The notes under the pieces were generated by a model. That model was not told the origin of the DNA, did no database searches, and was given only the letters and a program-made list of their open reading frames with translations. This document shows, piece by piece, positions 47,843 to 57,125 of a stretch of DNA of 64,000 nucleotides; position 1 is the stretch's first letter, and each line of letters opens with the position of its first letter. The translations under genes were made by a program, and so were the position numbers. Where the stretch lies: assembly GCA_003973385.1 (NCBI GenBank), contig QNYK01000023.1, positions 2,951 through 66,950 of the forward strand, in the 5' to 3' direction. This stretch comes from Bacillota bacterium. Lineage in GTDB: Bacteria; Planctomycetota; UBA8108; UBA1146.

Positions 47843-48870
47843 CTTCGACCCTCCTGGCTGGATCCTTCAGCCCCATCGTCTCGTGGCTGTGGGCGCACAA
47901 ATCCCTTCTCACCGACGATCAGCAGTTCTCCACCCGGTAGTTCCACGACGGAACTGAGGATCCTGCGCTCTCCAGGAGAGATGTCCTGCCATCGCCCCTC
48001 AGGCGATCGTCGCAGTGCCAGGCCCTCATCTCCGACCACGACGATGCCTGAATCAGAGAGTCGGCAGCCGCCGAAGAGCGACGCCTCCGACGAAGTCTCG
48101 ATTCGCTTCCAGTTTCCTGGCTCGCCCTCCCACAGGTTGCCACGAAGGCCCATCACGAGCAGCGTCGAGGGTTCCAGCGCCATGATGTGGAAAAATGACC
48201 CGTCGTAGGGACTCTCGAGCAACTGCCAGGTATCTCCCCCGTTTGTGCTTTCAAAGATGGACCCGAACTCACCTGTTGCGATCAGACGAGACGTTGTGTT
48301 CTGAAGCGAGAAGATGTGAGGTCCATCCTCGGAGATCAACTGCTGGCGCCAGTTGTCGCCTCCATCGTCACTGATCATGACCGTGCCGAATGAGCCTGCC
48401 GCAACTATCCTTTTTCCATCGATCGATTGAATCGTGAAGAGCGCGAGATTTGCCTCCGGATCACAATGCACCGACTGCCAGGTCAATCCCCTGTCGAGAG
48501 ATCGCAGCACCGTGGTGTCGTGGCCGGCAGCGAAAGCGATGCCATTTTCGCCGAGAACGATGGAGGTGAGCATCCTCCGCGTTGGTGTTACGATCTGGCG
48601 AAATGATTTTCCACCATCTGTGGACCGAAGTATCAGCCCATGGTCCCCCGCCACGAGCACCACTTCACCTTCGCGGACGACACTGATCAGCAGCGCAGAT
48701 TCTGCCTTGGCAGCGAGATGCGACCGATCCTCGATGGTCGTATCGCGTTGAAGGAGTGCCTCGACCGGAACCTGCCCGGGTTGCAGTACCACCAGCCCCA
48801 GCAGTGCAAGCAGCGGCAACGCCAGCCAGCGACAGCGAGTCACCATTTGCGCCGATACGGCTCGAGTCAT
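47839..48870 (-). CDS. Secreted BNR/Ycf48-like β-propeller protein (photosystem II stability/assembly factor-like).
   Basis: Signal peptide and repeated SxDGGxSW/TW BNR motifs (STDGGKSF, SLDRGLTW, SDDGGDNW, STNGGDTW). Confidence 0.75.
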   Translation of the reverse strand: MTRAVSAQMVTRCRWLALPLLALLGLVVLQPGQVPVEALLQRDTTIEDRSHLAAKAESALLISVVREGEVVLVAGDHGLILRSTDGGKSFRQIVTPTRRMLTSIVLGENGIAFAAGHDTTVLRSLDRGLTWQSVHCDPEANLALFTIQSIDGKRIVAAGSFGTVMISDDGGDNWRQQLISEDGPHIFSLQNTTSRLIATGEFGSIFESTNGGDTWQLLESPYDGSFFHIMALEPSTLLVMGLRGNLWEGEPGNWKRIETSSEASLFGGCRLSDSGIVVVGDEGLALRRSPEGRWQDISPGERRILSSVVELPGGELLIVGEKGFVRPQPRDDGAEGSSQEGRR

Positions 48871-48965
48871 GCTACACCTTCCCGGATGAAAAGAAGCCGG
48901 GCGGGCAGGGTCTGGTCCCCGCCCGCCCGGCCGCTGGTCATGCGCCTGGGGGCATCCCGGCGCGG

Positions 48966-50321
48966 TTATCTTCTGCCGCGCCTCGACAGCGCTGCCGGAG
49001 AGAAGTCCTTGTCCCGGAGAGTGACATCGAACCGCTCCACCTTGCCGGGCGCATTGAATCCGATGGCGAGGTAGCGTCCATTCTGAAGATCGTAGTGAGC
49101 CAGCAGTGTGTCGTAGAGGATCGGAATGTCGTAGTAGACGATGGGATAGGCCTCGGAGACCCTCCAGATCTTGCCGGAGTTGTCGTACTGGTCGATCACC
49201 AGAGGCTGCCAGGAATCCTCATCAAAGTGCATGACACGCTTCGCATAGAGGTGGCTGGTGCCATCCTTGACGGTGGCCTCGACCTTCCAGACCCGGTGAT
49301 GTTCGTAGCGAAGCAGATCCGGATTCAGATGTCCGGCGCGAATCATGCTGTCTGGATCGACCTCTGCGTTGTGGGCCTTGTAACAGTTGTAAGGAACGAT
49401 CATCTCCATGCGGCCGATCAGTTTCCAGTTGTAGCGCTCTGGACTGCCATTGAACATGTCGAACTGATCATTGGTACGCTGTCCGTCACTGGCTGTTCCA
49501 GGGTTGTCGAAGGCGACCTGGGGCGCACGACGAACACGACGAAGTCCAGCACTGTAGACCCACGCCTGACGCGGATCCTTCGCCTGATCGAGTGTCTCAT
49601 GCACATGCAACTTGGTACCCGCCAACCGCGGCGGCGAGATCACTCCCTGGTAAAACTTGGCCAGCACATTGTCAGATGTCTCAGAGGTCATACCTTCGCG
49701 GTTGTAACGCCACAGCACCTGCTCCTCGATACGAACCATCACGAAACTACCATTAGGAGCCGGCGCCACCTGGCCTACGGTCCGGGCCATCACTTCACCG
49801 CGGTATCGCAACATGTGGTTCCAGACCACTTGCAGTCCGTTCTCCGGGATGGGGAACGGAGATGTACGACGACAATTCTTGACGCCATTTCCGTCTGCAG
49901 TCAGTTCTGCGGACACGGCATTTTCCATCGCTGCGGCGTAGATGTCCTCGGGGTAACAGGCGGTTCTTTTCGATTCGTACACATTCATGTACCAGCTCTC
50001 CGGGTACCTCTCGAACATGGCGATCTGCCCGGCCGAGAGGAACTCGGAGTATTTCTGGAAGTTGCTGCTATCGATCTTGTACATCGGCTTATCGTCCGGG
50101 AACGGATCGACATAGTGGTCGCCCGACTTCCAGCCAGAGGGACCCGATGTAAGTCCACCTTGCCACGGTGGAATCGTCTTGCTCTCGTTTCCATCGCGAA
50201 TCGCACCCATGGCGGTCAGTTCCTTGCCAAGTTCAGGACCATCGGAACTGATCGGGGCAGCCGCCAGCAGGCACCAACTGGCCGCCAACAATCCACCGAG
50301 GATGATATTTCGATTCAACAT
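48966..50321 (-). CDS. DUF1329-family (LolA-like) secreted protein.
   Basis: Signal peptide; ~450 aa. Called from remembered resemblance to DUF1329 proteins and from the conserved four-gene context with DUF1302, BNR and RND genes. Confidence 0.65.
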   Translation of the reverse strand: MLNRNIILGGLLAASWCLLAAAPISSDGPELGKELTAMGAIRDGNESKTIPPWQGGLTSGPSGWKSGDHYVDPFPDDKPMYKIDSSNFQKYSEFLSAGQIAMFERYPESWYMNVYESKRTACYPEDIYAAAMENAVSAELTADGNGVKNCRRTSPFPIPENGLQVVWNHMLRYRGEVMARTVGQVAPAPNGSFVMVRIEEQVLWRYNREGMTSETSDNVLAKFYQGVISPPRLAGTKLHVHETLDQAKDPRQAWVYSAGLRRVRRAPQVAFDNPGTASDGQRTNDQFDMFNGSPERYNWKLIGRMEMIVPYNCYKAHNAEVDPDSMIRAGHLNPDLLRYEHHRVWKVEATVKDGTSHLYAKRVMHFDEDSWQPLVIDQYDNSGKIWRVSEAYPIVYYDIPILYDTLLAHYDLQNGRYLAIGFNAPGKVERFDVTLRDKDFSPAALSRRGRR

Positions 50322-50332
50322 TGAGTCTCCTC

Positions 50333-52180
50333 CTAGAATGAGTAACTGGCGGTGAGGGACATGAAGTCACGGTCGTTCCGCAGATTGTAGCGGCTCGCAC
50401 CAAACGAGTTCGTGTACCCGAGTTTCACATCCCACAGTCCAAGCGCACCGACAGTCACCGAAGCACTGACCGTCTTCCTTCCTGCTATGAAGTTCGCCAG
50501 CGGCACCGGGGATGTGCCCTCGATATCGTGAGAGAAGGCGACGATGGGTGCGAGGGACAGCGAGCCGATGGCATTGTAGTACGTCGCCTTGGCCAGCACC
50601 TTGTACCCCATCGACAACTGGTCAGGGAACGCCGAGAGCGGTTCAGCTGCGGGCTGCACCGGCACACCGGGTGAGTTGAAGAAGTCATTTCCACTGGTGT
50701 AGGTGCCCGTTGCCTCGTAGCGGAAGTTGGCCACATCCTCCATGTCGTTGACGAACATGGCTGCGAACTCGCCCACCATCGCCACCTGGTCTGCACCGAG
50801 AATCCCCGCCATCACCTTGGTGAGGCTGAACTGTGCCGTGGCGACATCCTTGCGGACAAAACCATGGATCGTCTCACCGTAATCGAAGGACCCGAGGGCG
50901 CCCTGGCCAAATACGCTGTTGAGAGGTGAGAGCGCCGCGAACAGGATCTCCACATCATCGACCTGCAGAGGCTGGTCGAGGTGCAGCGACGTCTCCCCTT
51001 GCACTGCTATGCCGGTATCGAAGAGGTCGGTATTGAAACTGACCCCGAAGGTGGTGATATCTTCCGGGTACTCGAGGTAGTACTCGGCGCTAGCGCCGTA
51101 ATCCCCCGCAGCAACTCCTGCAGCGGTTCCGGTGACCGCAGTGATGATCGGCAGGCGGCTGTGCAGATTGGTGTAAAAGAACCCGAACTCTGTGCCACCC
51201 AGTTCTTCAGCAAACCATCTGGCCGAGATTCCGTACTGCCCCAGGTCACTGGGAGTCCGATCACCGGTGCGCTGTACAGCCACTCCGATCGGGGAGTTGT
51301 AGCCGGGCACCGATGCGCCGGGAGGGTTATCGATGATATAGACATCATCTGCGGTTCCGGGGATCCCATCCGGGCCATCCGATTGCCCGAAACCGAGCAG
51401 CACGAAGTTCCCCCCTGGGCTGGCGATATCGGTGACGGAGAAGAAGGTCCCGATCGGTTCGAGACGAGTCGGACGCCAGCCGAGCTGGTAAAAGCCCTGC
51501 AACGAGACGGTGTCGGAAAGATCGTAATCGAACTTGGCCGCCGGAATCGGCACCAGCGCTTCCTTGATCTCGGAGCCGGCTGCACGAAGCTTCGACAGGT
51601 CGACCGGATTGACGCCATTCAATCCATTCTGGATGAAGGTGCTTTCACCCCAGTTGATCACCTGACTTCCTACGGTCAGGGTCAACGGGTTGTCACGGCC
51701 ACCGAAATCACGACGAATGTACGCATCGAGTAGTACAGCGTTGAGTCCGGCGAAGCGTTCTGCTGTGCCGCTGAGCGCGGGGCGACCCGCTTTCAGAACA
51801 TCGCCCTCGCGGATGGCAAAGTCGGAGAAGTAGAAGCCCCTGATAAACACGAAGTAATCGTCGTAGTCGAACGAGATCTCGTGCAGCACCTTGAGGTTCT
51901 CGGAGAAGATGTCCCCTGCATCGTAGTTGAGGTTTCCATCGTCACCGTTGAGAGAATTCCCGGTTCCACCGTTGGCGGTTCCGATGAGGCTGAGGTCAGG
52001 ATCAGCGACGCGCCATGAAACTCCTACTGATATGGTTGTGTCGAAGTGGCCCGAAACCTTGCCATTGAGAAGATCGAACTCGATCGCCCCCAGAAACGCT
52101 GGAGTCAGGGTAAAGACGGCCATGAGCAAGGCAGCTTGCAGCCGCACTCTCCTGGCCAGCGGGGAAACGCATCCTCGCAT
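50333..52180 (-). CDS. DUF1302-family outer-membrane β-barrel protein.
   Basis: Signal peptide from the MRGCVS start (AAGGAGG RBS before the ATG at 52180). Alternating amphipathic β-strand pattern. C-terminal ...LTASYSF ends in Phe, as in OMPs. Confidence 0.65.
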   Translation of the reverse strand: MRGCVSPLARRVRLQAALLMAVFTLTPAFLGAIEFDLLNGKVSGHFDTTISVGVSWRVADPDLSLIGTANGGTGNSLNGDDGNLNYDAGDIFSENLKVLHEISFDYDDYFVFIRGFYFSDFAIREGDVLKAGRPALSGTAERFAGLNAVLLDAYIRRDFGGRDNPLTLTVGSQVINWGESTFIQNGLNGVNPVDLSKLRAAGSEIKEALVPIPAAKFDYDLSDTVSLQGFYQLGWRPTRLEPIGTFFSVTDIASPGGNFVLLGFGQSDGPDGIPGTADDVYIIDNPPGASVPGYNSPIGVAVQRTGDRTPSDLGQYGISARWFAEELGGTEFGFFYTNLHSRLPIITAVTGTAAGVAAGDYGASAEYYLEYPEDITTFGVSFNTDLFDTGIAVQGETSLHLDQPLQVDDVEILFAALSPLNSVFGQGALGSFDYGETIHGFVRKDVATAQFSLTKVMAGILGADQVAMVGEFAAMFVNDMEDVANFRYEATGTYTSGNDFFNSPGVPVQPAAEPLSAFPDQLSMGYKVLAKATYYNAIGSLSLAPIVAFSHDIEGTSPVPLANFIAGRKTVSASVTVGALGLWDVKLGYTNSFGASRYNLRNDRDFMSLTASYSF

Positions 52181-52501
52181 CCGGTACACCTCCTTGCTGA
52201 GTGGTACGCACCTCAAGACCTCCAGGAGTAGTGCCAGACTTCCAGCGAGCTCTCCGAAAGATCGTCCGGCCTGAAGAGTAGATGGGATGATCCCGGCACG
52301 TTGGCAGAGAAGGACCCACCTCCTCGCCACACCGATATCGCACCCCTCCTCACCCGGACTGAAGCGTCTACGAGAAGGGAAGATACGGGATCGAGAGGGT
52401 GACAGACAAGAGAGATCTGCTCTGGCATTACCAAGTCGGCTGGCCCAGAGTGTCTGCAGTGGTAGCCAGTCGCGAGGGAATCGTCACCGGAGGAGACCTG
52501 G

Positions 52502-52936
52502 ATGTGCTCAAAAATGGCCGATGAGGCGGATCACTGGCCACTGGCGATCCCGATACCCGTCGCGTGGGGCGATATGGACGCCCTCGGTCATGTCAACAAC
52601 ACCCGGTTCCTGCGCTGGTTCGAGGATGCCCGAATCGAGGCTTTCCGGCGCATCGGATCGGTCGATCTGGGACCCAGCAGCAGCAGCGGGCCGATCCTGG
52701 CCAGGCTCGAGTGTGTATTCAGGCGCCCGGTCGTGTACCCCGATACCGTCACCTCGATGATCCGCGCCAGCGAGATCGGCACCGATCGGTATACCCTGGA
52801 GCATCAACTGGTGTCTGCCGACCAGCAACAGGTGGTCGCGTTCGGAACTTCTCGAATGGTGCAAGTGGACTACCGAAGCGGCGAAAAAGTACCGCTCTCT
52901 GCCGGGATCATCGAAGAACTGGAAAAGCTTCGCTGA
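52502..52936 (+). CDS. Acyl-CoA thioesterase, hotdog fold (YbgC/4HBT family).
   Basis: VAWGDMDALGHVNNTRFLRWFEDAR contains the 4HBT catalytic Asp/His context; 144 aa. Confidence 0.8.
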   Translation: MCSKMADEADHWPLAIPIPVAWGDMDALGHVNNTRFLRWFEDARIEAFRRIGSVDLGPSSSSGPILARLECVFRRPVVYPDTVTSMIRASEIGTDRYTLEHQLVSADQQQVVAFGTSRMVQVDYRSGEKVPLSAGIIEELEKLR

Positions 52937-53785
52937 TCAACTCTCAGGGTAGAGTGACCCGGGGCCATCTACGAACAGATCTGGTAGTGGTGGAATTCCC
53001 GCCTCCGAATTATAAGAATCGGGATCGAGTCCCTGCTCACGGATCACTTCCTCATCGATGAAAAAGTTACCGGTGCAATCGGCAGGGTCGCGACTGACGA
53101 TGGCGCCAAAGGCATCGGCAACGATCTCGGGTCTTCGGGTGGCACGGCGATCCATCCCCGGGATCATCCGAAGTGCTTCGGTATCGATGACGGTTCGAGG
53201 CCATAACCCGTTGACAGCAATCTTGAGCGGTTTCAGTTCCTCGCTCATTCCGAGCACACACAGGCTCATTCCATACTTCGAAATTGTATAGGCGGTGTGT
53301 CGGGCGAACCAGACAGGTCGCATCGATGGCGGCGGGGAGAGGTTCACCACATGGGCACCTTCACCGTGGCTCATCGCGTCGATGGCGGCTCGGGTCAAGG
53401 TATAGGTACCCCTGACATTGACATCGAAGAGCAGATCGACACGCTTCATCGGCGTCTGGGTGACCGGTGTCAGGGAGATGGCACTGGCGTTATTGACGAG
53501 GATGTCGATGCGGCCAAACTCGGCCACTGCAGCAGCCACAGCAGCCTCCACCTGAGCGTCATCCCGGATGTCCATCTTGACGGCAAGCGCTTCAGAGCCC
53601 GCCTCGCGCACCAGATCAGCGGTCTCGTGAATCGTTCCTGGAAGTTGCGGATGAGGGGTATCGGTCTTGGCAGCGATCACCACCTTGGCCCCATCGCGTG
53701 CAGCCCTCAGCGCAATGGCACAACCGATGCCCCGGCTTCCACCGGAGATCATCACGACCTTTCCTGCGAGTGGGAATTCACTCAA
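52937..53785 (-). CDS. SDR-family oxidoreductase.
   Basis: GKVVMISGGSRGIG Rossmann motif, NNAS, and the catalytic YxxxK context (YTISKYGMSL). Confidence 0.85.
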   Translation of the reverse strand: MSEFPLAGKVVMISGGSRGIGCAIALRAARDGAKVVIAAKTDTPHPQLPGTIHETADLVREAGSEALAVKMDIRDDAQVEAAVAAAVAEFGRIDILVNNASAISLTPVTQTPMKRVDLLFDVNVRGTYTLTRAAIDAMSHGEGAHVVNLSPPPSMRPVWFARHTAYTISKYGMSLCVLGMSEELKPLKIAVNGLWPRTVIDTEALRMIPGMDRRATRRPEIVADAFGAIVSRDPADCTGNFFIDEEVIREQGLDPDSYNSEAGIPPLPDLFVDGPGSLYPES

Positions 53786-54600
53786 GACGCACCTCCTGTC
53801 ACGGATCTGTAGTCGGGGGGGCGCTTCTCGATGAAGGCCCGCACACCCTCGGGGAATTCTTCTCCCGCAGCACAGTACCCAAAGCAGATCGCCTCTGCTT
53901 CCAGCACATCTTCAAGATCCCGGGGAGCTGAACGAAGTAGTTTCCGGGTCGCCGCCAGCGCCTGCAACGGACCATCTGCAAGTTGCTGACAGATGCGCAG
54001 CGTTTCCGGCTCGAGTTGCTCTCGTTCTACGGCGCGCGCAAAGAGTCCCCAGGCCTGTGCGGTTTCGCCGTCAATCCTCTCGTTGAGGAGCGCCAGTACC
54101 GAGGCGCGTTGACGACCGATCAAGCGATTCAACTGGTAGGTCGATCCTCCATCCGGGGTCGTTCCGATGCCGGTGTAGGCGAGCGTGATCTTGGCGTCAC
54201 GGGCGCAGATCACCAGGTCGCATGCGAGAGCCAGGCTCAGACCGAATCCGGCACAGGCTCCGTGGACCTGGGCGACGACCGGAACCTGCAACTGATCGAT
54301 GGCCGTGATGGTGCGGTGAACGGTACGGATCTCATCGGTCACTGCCTGACGACGCTGCTCGGGATCGGGGCAGTCGGCAAACATCCCGGCGAACCAGCGC
54401 AGGTCCCCACCCGCCATGAAGCCACGACCCGCACCGACGACCCGGAGCACCCGAACATCGGCATGGGCTGCCACCTCCGTGAGTGCCTGGTCCAGTTCTG
54501 CCACCATCGTCCCATCGAGGGAGTTGAGCTGGCCCGGACGATTCAGCATCAATGTCATGAGGCCAGAATCATCGGGATCTGTCAGTTCCAGCGTTTCCAT
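53782..54600 (-). CDS. Enoyl-CoA hydratase/isomerase (crotonase) family protein.
   Basis: AGGDL oxyanion-hole motif (FMAGGDLRWF), VHGACAGFGLSLALACD. Start at the METLEL Met (54600). Confidence 0.85.
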   Translation of the reverse strand: METLELTDPDDSGLMTLMLNRPGQLNSLDGTMVAELDQALTEVAAHADVRVLRVVGAGRGFMAGGDLRWFAGMFADCPDPEQRRQAVTDEIRTVHRTITAIDQLQVPVVAQVHGACAGFGLSLALACDLVICARDAKITLAYTGIGTTPDGGSTYQLNRLIGRQRASVLALLNERIDGETAQAWGLFARAVEREQLEPETLRICQQLADGPLQALAATRKLLRSAPRDLEDVLEAEAICFGYCAAGEEFPEGVRAFIEKRPPDYRSVTGGAS

Positions 54601-54668
54601 CGGCCGCTCCTCTCGCGGGCGCGCATGGTGCTGTGCCGGGGCCCCCGGCACAAGCGAAGGGTAGATGG

Positions 54669-54682
54669 CGAACATATGTTCG
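54669..54682. promoter_or_regulatory. Candidate LexA operator (Cheo box) in the dinB promoter.
   Basis: Perfect palindrome CGAACATATGTTCG, 41 nt upstream of the dinB ATG and 27 nt before the AAAGGAG RBS. Confidence 0.75.
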
Positions 54683-54722
54683 CTATCCTATCACCCCTCG
54701 CCCCATCGAAAGGAGCCGATCG

Positions 54723-55982
54723 ATGCGCCCGCTGGTCCTGCATCTGGACATCGATGCCTTCTTCGCCTCGGTCGAGCAACTGCGCAACCCTCGGCTGGCG
54801 GGGCGTCCGGTGGCGGTCGGCAGCGGGGTCATCGCATCGTGTTCCTACGAGGCGAGGGAACATGGCCTGCAGGCGGGTATGCCGCTGGGCAAGGCGCTGC
54901 GCCAGTGCCCACCGCTGGTGATCGTGCGCGGACACGAATCGATCTACCGCTGCTACGCCGCCCGTCTGTTCGAGATCTGCCACAACTGGTCTCCGGTGGT
55001 GGAAGAACATCTCGACGAGGCGTATTGCGACCTGGCCGGAACCGAACGGATCTACCCCGATCCACGACAAGAGGTGGCACGACTGCGCGATGAGATCCAT
55101 TCGAGCACCGGATTGACCGTCACGGCGGGACTCGGCCGCAATCGGATGTTCGCCCGACTCATCGGCAAACTGCACAAACCCGATGGACTCGGATACATCG
55201 AACCGGAGCAGGAGGAATCGTTGCTGTTGCAACTACCGATCGAGAGCATCCCCGGAGTCGGCCCCCGCACCGCTACGGTGCTGTCGAACCTCGGCATCGA
55301 GAAGGTGGAACAACTGCGCGAACTGTCGCGCTCGGCGCTATCTGGACTGCTGGGACGAAACGGCGAGATCCTCTACGAACGCTGCCGAGGCGAGGATCAC
55401 CGTCTCATCGGCGGCCGTGAGATCCCCCGTAGCATCCAGCGGGGAACCTCCTTTGACGAGGACATCTCCTGTCCGCGCACTCTCGACGCGATGATCGAGT
55501 ACCTCGCTGAACGCATCGCCAGCAACCTGCGCCAGAGAGGTCTGGAAGCGGGAGGATTGGCACTTCAACTGGTTCACGGCGATCACCGACGCGATCGTCG
55601 ACGCGTCGCGCTGGCCCCACCCACCGCACTCGATCCTCCCATCATCAAGACCGCTCTCGAACTGCGTCGCGCGATGGAGGGACGCCGAACTGCGATCCGC
55701 TTCGTCGGCATCCACCTCGATCGCATCCGGCTCGCTGCCACGGTCGAGCAGGGAGATCTGTTCACGGCCACAACCGAAGACCCTGCTGACACCGATCTGC
55801 AGCAGCAGCAACGCTGGAAGCGACTTCTCGGCCAGGTTGACCGCATCCGGATGCGCCATGGCCACGGCGCACTGCTGCGCGGTAGCGCCCTGGCACTGCA
55901 AGATGGTCGGGATCGGGGTGGAACGGCTCTGGAGCGCGATCGACACGGACTCATCCTCCGCACCTCGTGCCTGACCCGTTGA
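54723..55982 (+). CDS. dinB: Y-family DNA polymerase IV-like (DinB).
   Basis: LHLDIDAFFASVEQ (catalytic Asp), SCSYEAREHG, DEAYCDL. Start assigned to the Met at 54723, just after the RBS and Cheo box. Confidence 0.85.
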   Translation: MRPLVLHLDIDAFFASVEQLRNPRLAGRPVAVGSGVIASCSYEAREHGLQAGMPLGKALRQCPPLVIVRGHESIYRCYAARLFEICHNWSPVVEEHLDEAYCDLAGTERIYPDPRQEVARLRDEIHSSTGLTVTAGLGRNRMFARLIGKLHKPDGLGYIEPEQEESLLLQLPIESIPGVGPRTATVLSNLGIEKVEQLRELSRSALSGLLGRNGEILYERCRGEDHRLIGGREIPRSIQRGTSFDEDISCPRTLDAMIEYLAERIASNLRQRGLEAGGLALQLVHGDHRRDRRRVALAPPTALDPPIIKTALELRRAMEGRRTAIRFVGIHLDRIRLAATVEQGDLFTATTEDPADTDLQQQQRWKRLLGQVDRIRMRHGHGALLRGSALALQDGRDRGGTALERDRHGLILRTSCLTR

Positions 55983-56064
55983 CAGCGGTTATCATGCACG
56001 CCGGCGCCACAGTCCACACCGACGCCACAGTCTACAGCGCGCGAAGAAATACCGGAGGAAGTCG

Positions 56065-57054
56065 ATGACCTACTACGCTGCTTGCTGCCAGACCGATCAG
56101 CCGAATCCGCGCGACCGTGACCAGATGAATGACAACACGACGCGCATCATCGAACAACTCGAACAGGCGGTGATCGGATATCGTCCCTTCCATGATGTGA
56201 AGCTGGTGGTCTTTCCCGAGTTCGCCCACGCAGCACCGATCTACGACAACACCGAGGAACTGACCGAGAAACTCGCCGTCGAGATCCCTAACCGACATAC
56301 CGAAAGGCTCGCCGAGGCGGCGAGCAAGCACGGCGTGTGGATTCAGAGCGGCTCCTTCATCGAGTGCGATTCGCGCTGGTCAGACGCGCTCTTCAACACC
56401 ACCGTACTGATCGGACCGGACGGCAACATCGCAAGCAAATACCGCAAGGTGAACCCGTGGATCCCGTGGGAGATCCACACCAGTCCGCACGACCTCGAAG
56501 GCTACGACGAGCCGCTCTTTCCCGTCACCGAGACCGACATCGGCAAACTGGGGGTCGCCACCTGTTACGACTGGTTGTTCCCGGAGACCTGCCGCGAACT
56601 GACCCTCGGAGGTGCCGAGGTACTGATCCGGATCAGTGCATACATGGATCCGTGGGGTGCCTCCGAACCGATGGACTGGTGGACGGTGATCAATCGATGC
56701 CGCGCCATCGAAAACCTGGCGGCCGTGGTCGCCTGTAACCAGGGTGCCTCCGCAAACCACTACCCGCCCTTTTCTTGGCCCGGCGGCAGCATGATCATCG
56801 ACGCCGATGGTCGCGTCCTGGCCCAGGCCACTGCGGGTCCAGGACAGGCGACGGTCGTTGCCCCGATATCGATCGACAGCATCCGTCAGGAGAGGCGGCG
56901 TCGGTCAGGCCATGCGATGCCAGCGCACCTGAGATCATCGGCTTACCCGAGGCAGCGACAGGAACTCTACCGCACTGATCGCAGCAGTGGATCGCCCTCG
57001 GTCGAGGCCCTCGAGCAGAGCATCGAGCAGGCCAAGGGTCGGATCGGCTGGTAG
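56065..57054 (+). CDS. Carbon-nitrogen hydrolase family protein (aliphatic amidase/formamidase-like).
   Basis: CN-hydrolase triad context: VVFPEFA (Glu), YRKVNPW (Lys), GVATCYDWLFPE (Cys); 329 aa. Confidence 0.8.
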   Translation: MTYYAACCQTDQPNPRDRDQMNDNTTRIIEQLEQAVIGYRPFHDVKLVVFPEFAHAAPIYDNTEELTEKLAVEIPNRHTERLAEAASKHGVWIQSGSFIECDSRWSDALFNTTVLIGPDGNIASKYRKVNPWIPWEIHTSPHDLEGYDEPLFPVTETDIGKLGVATCYDWLFPETCRELTLGGAEVLIRISAYMDPWGASEPMDWWTVINRCRAIENLAAVVACNQGASANHYPPFSWPGGSMIIDADGRVLAQATAGPGQATVVAPISIDSIRQERRRRSGHAMPAHLRSSAYPRQRQELYRTDRSSGSPSVEALEQSIEQAKGRIGW

Positions 57055-57125
57055 AAGCACTGGAATGTGCGACCGCATCTGGCATCCTGATCCTCCATCT
57101 CCTGAACCGATAGAATTTCGAGGCG

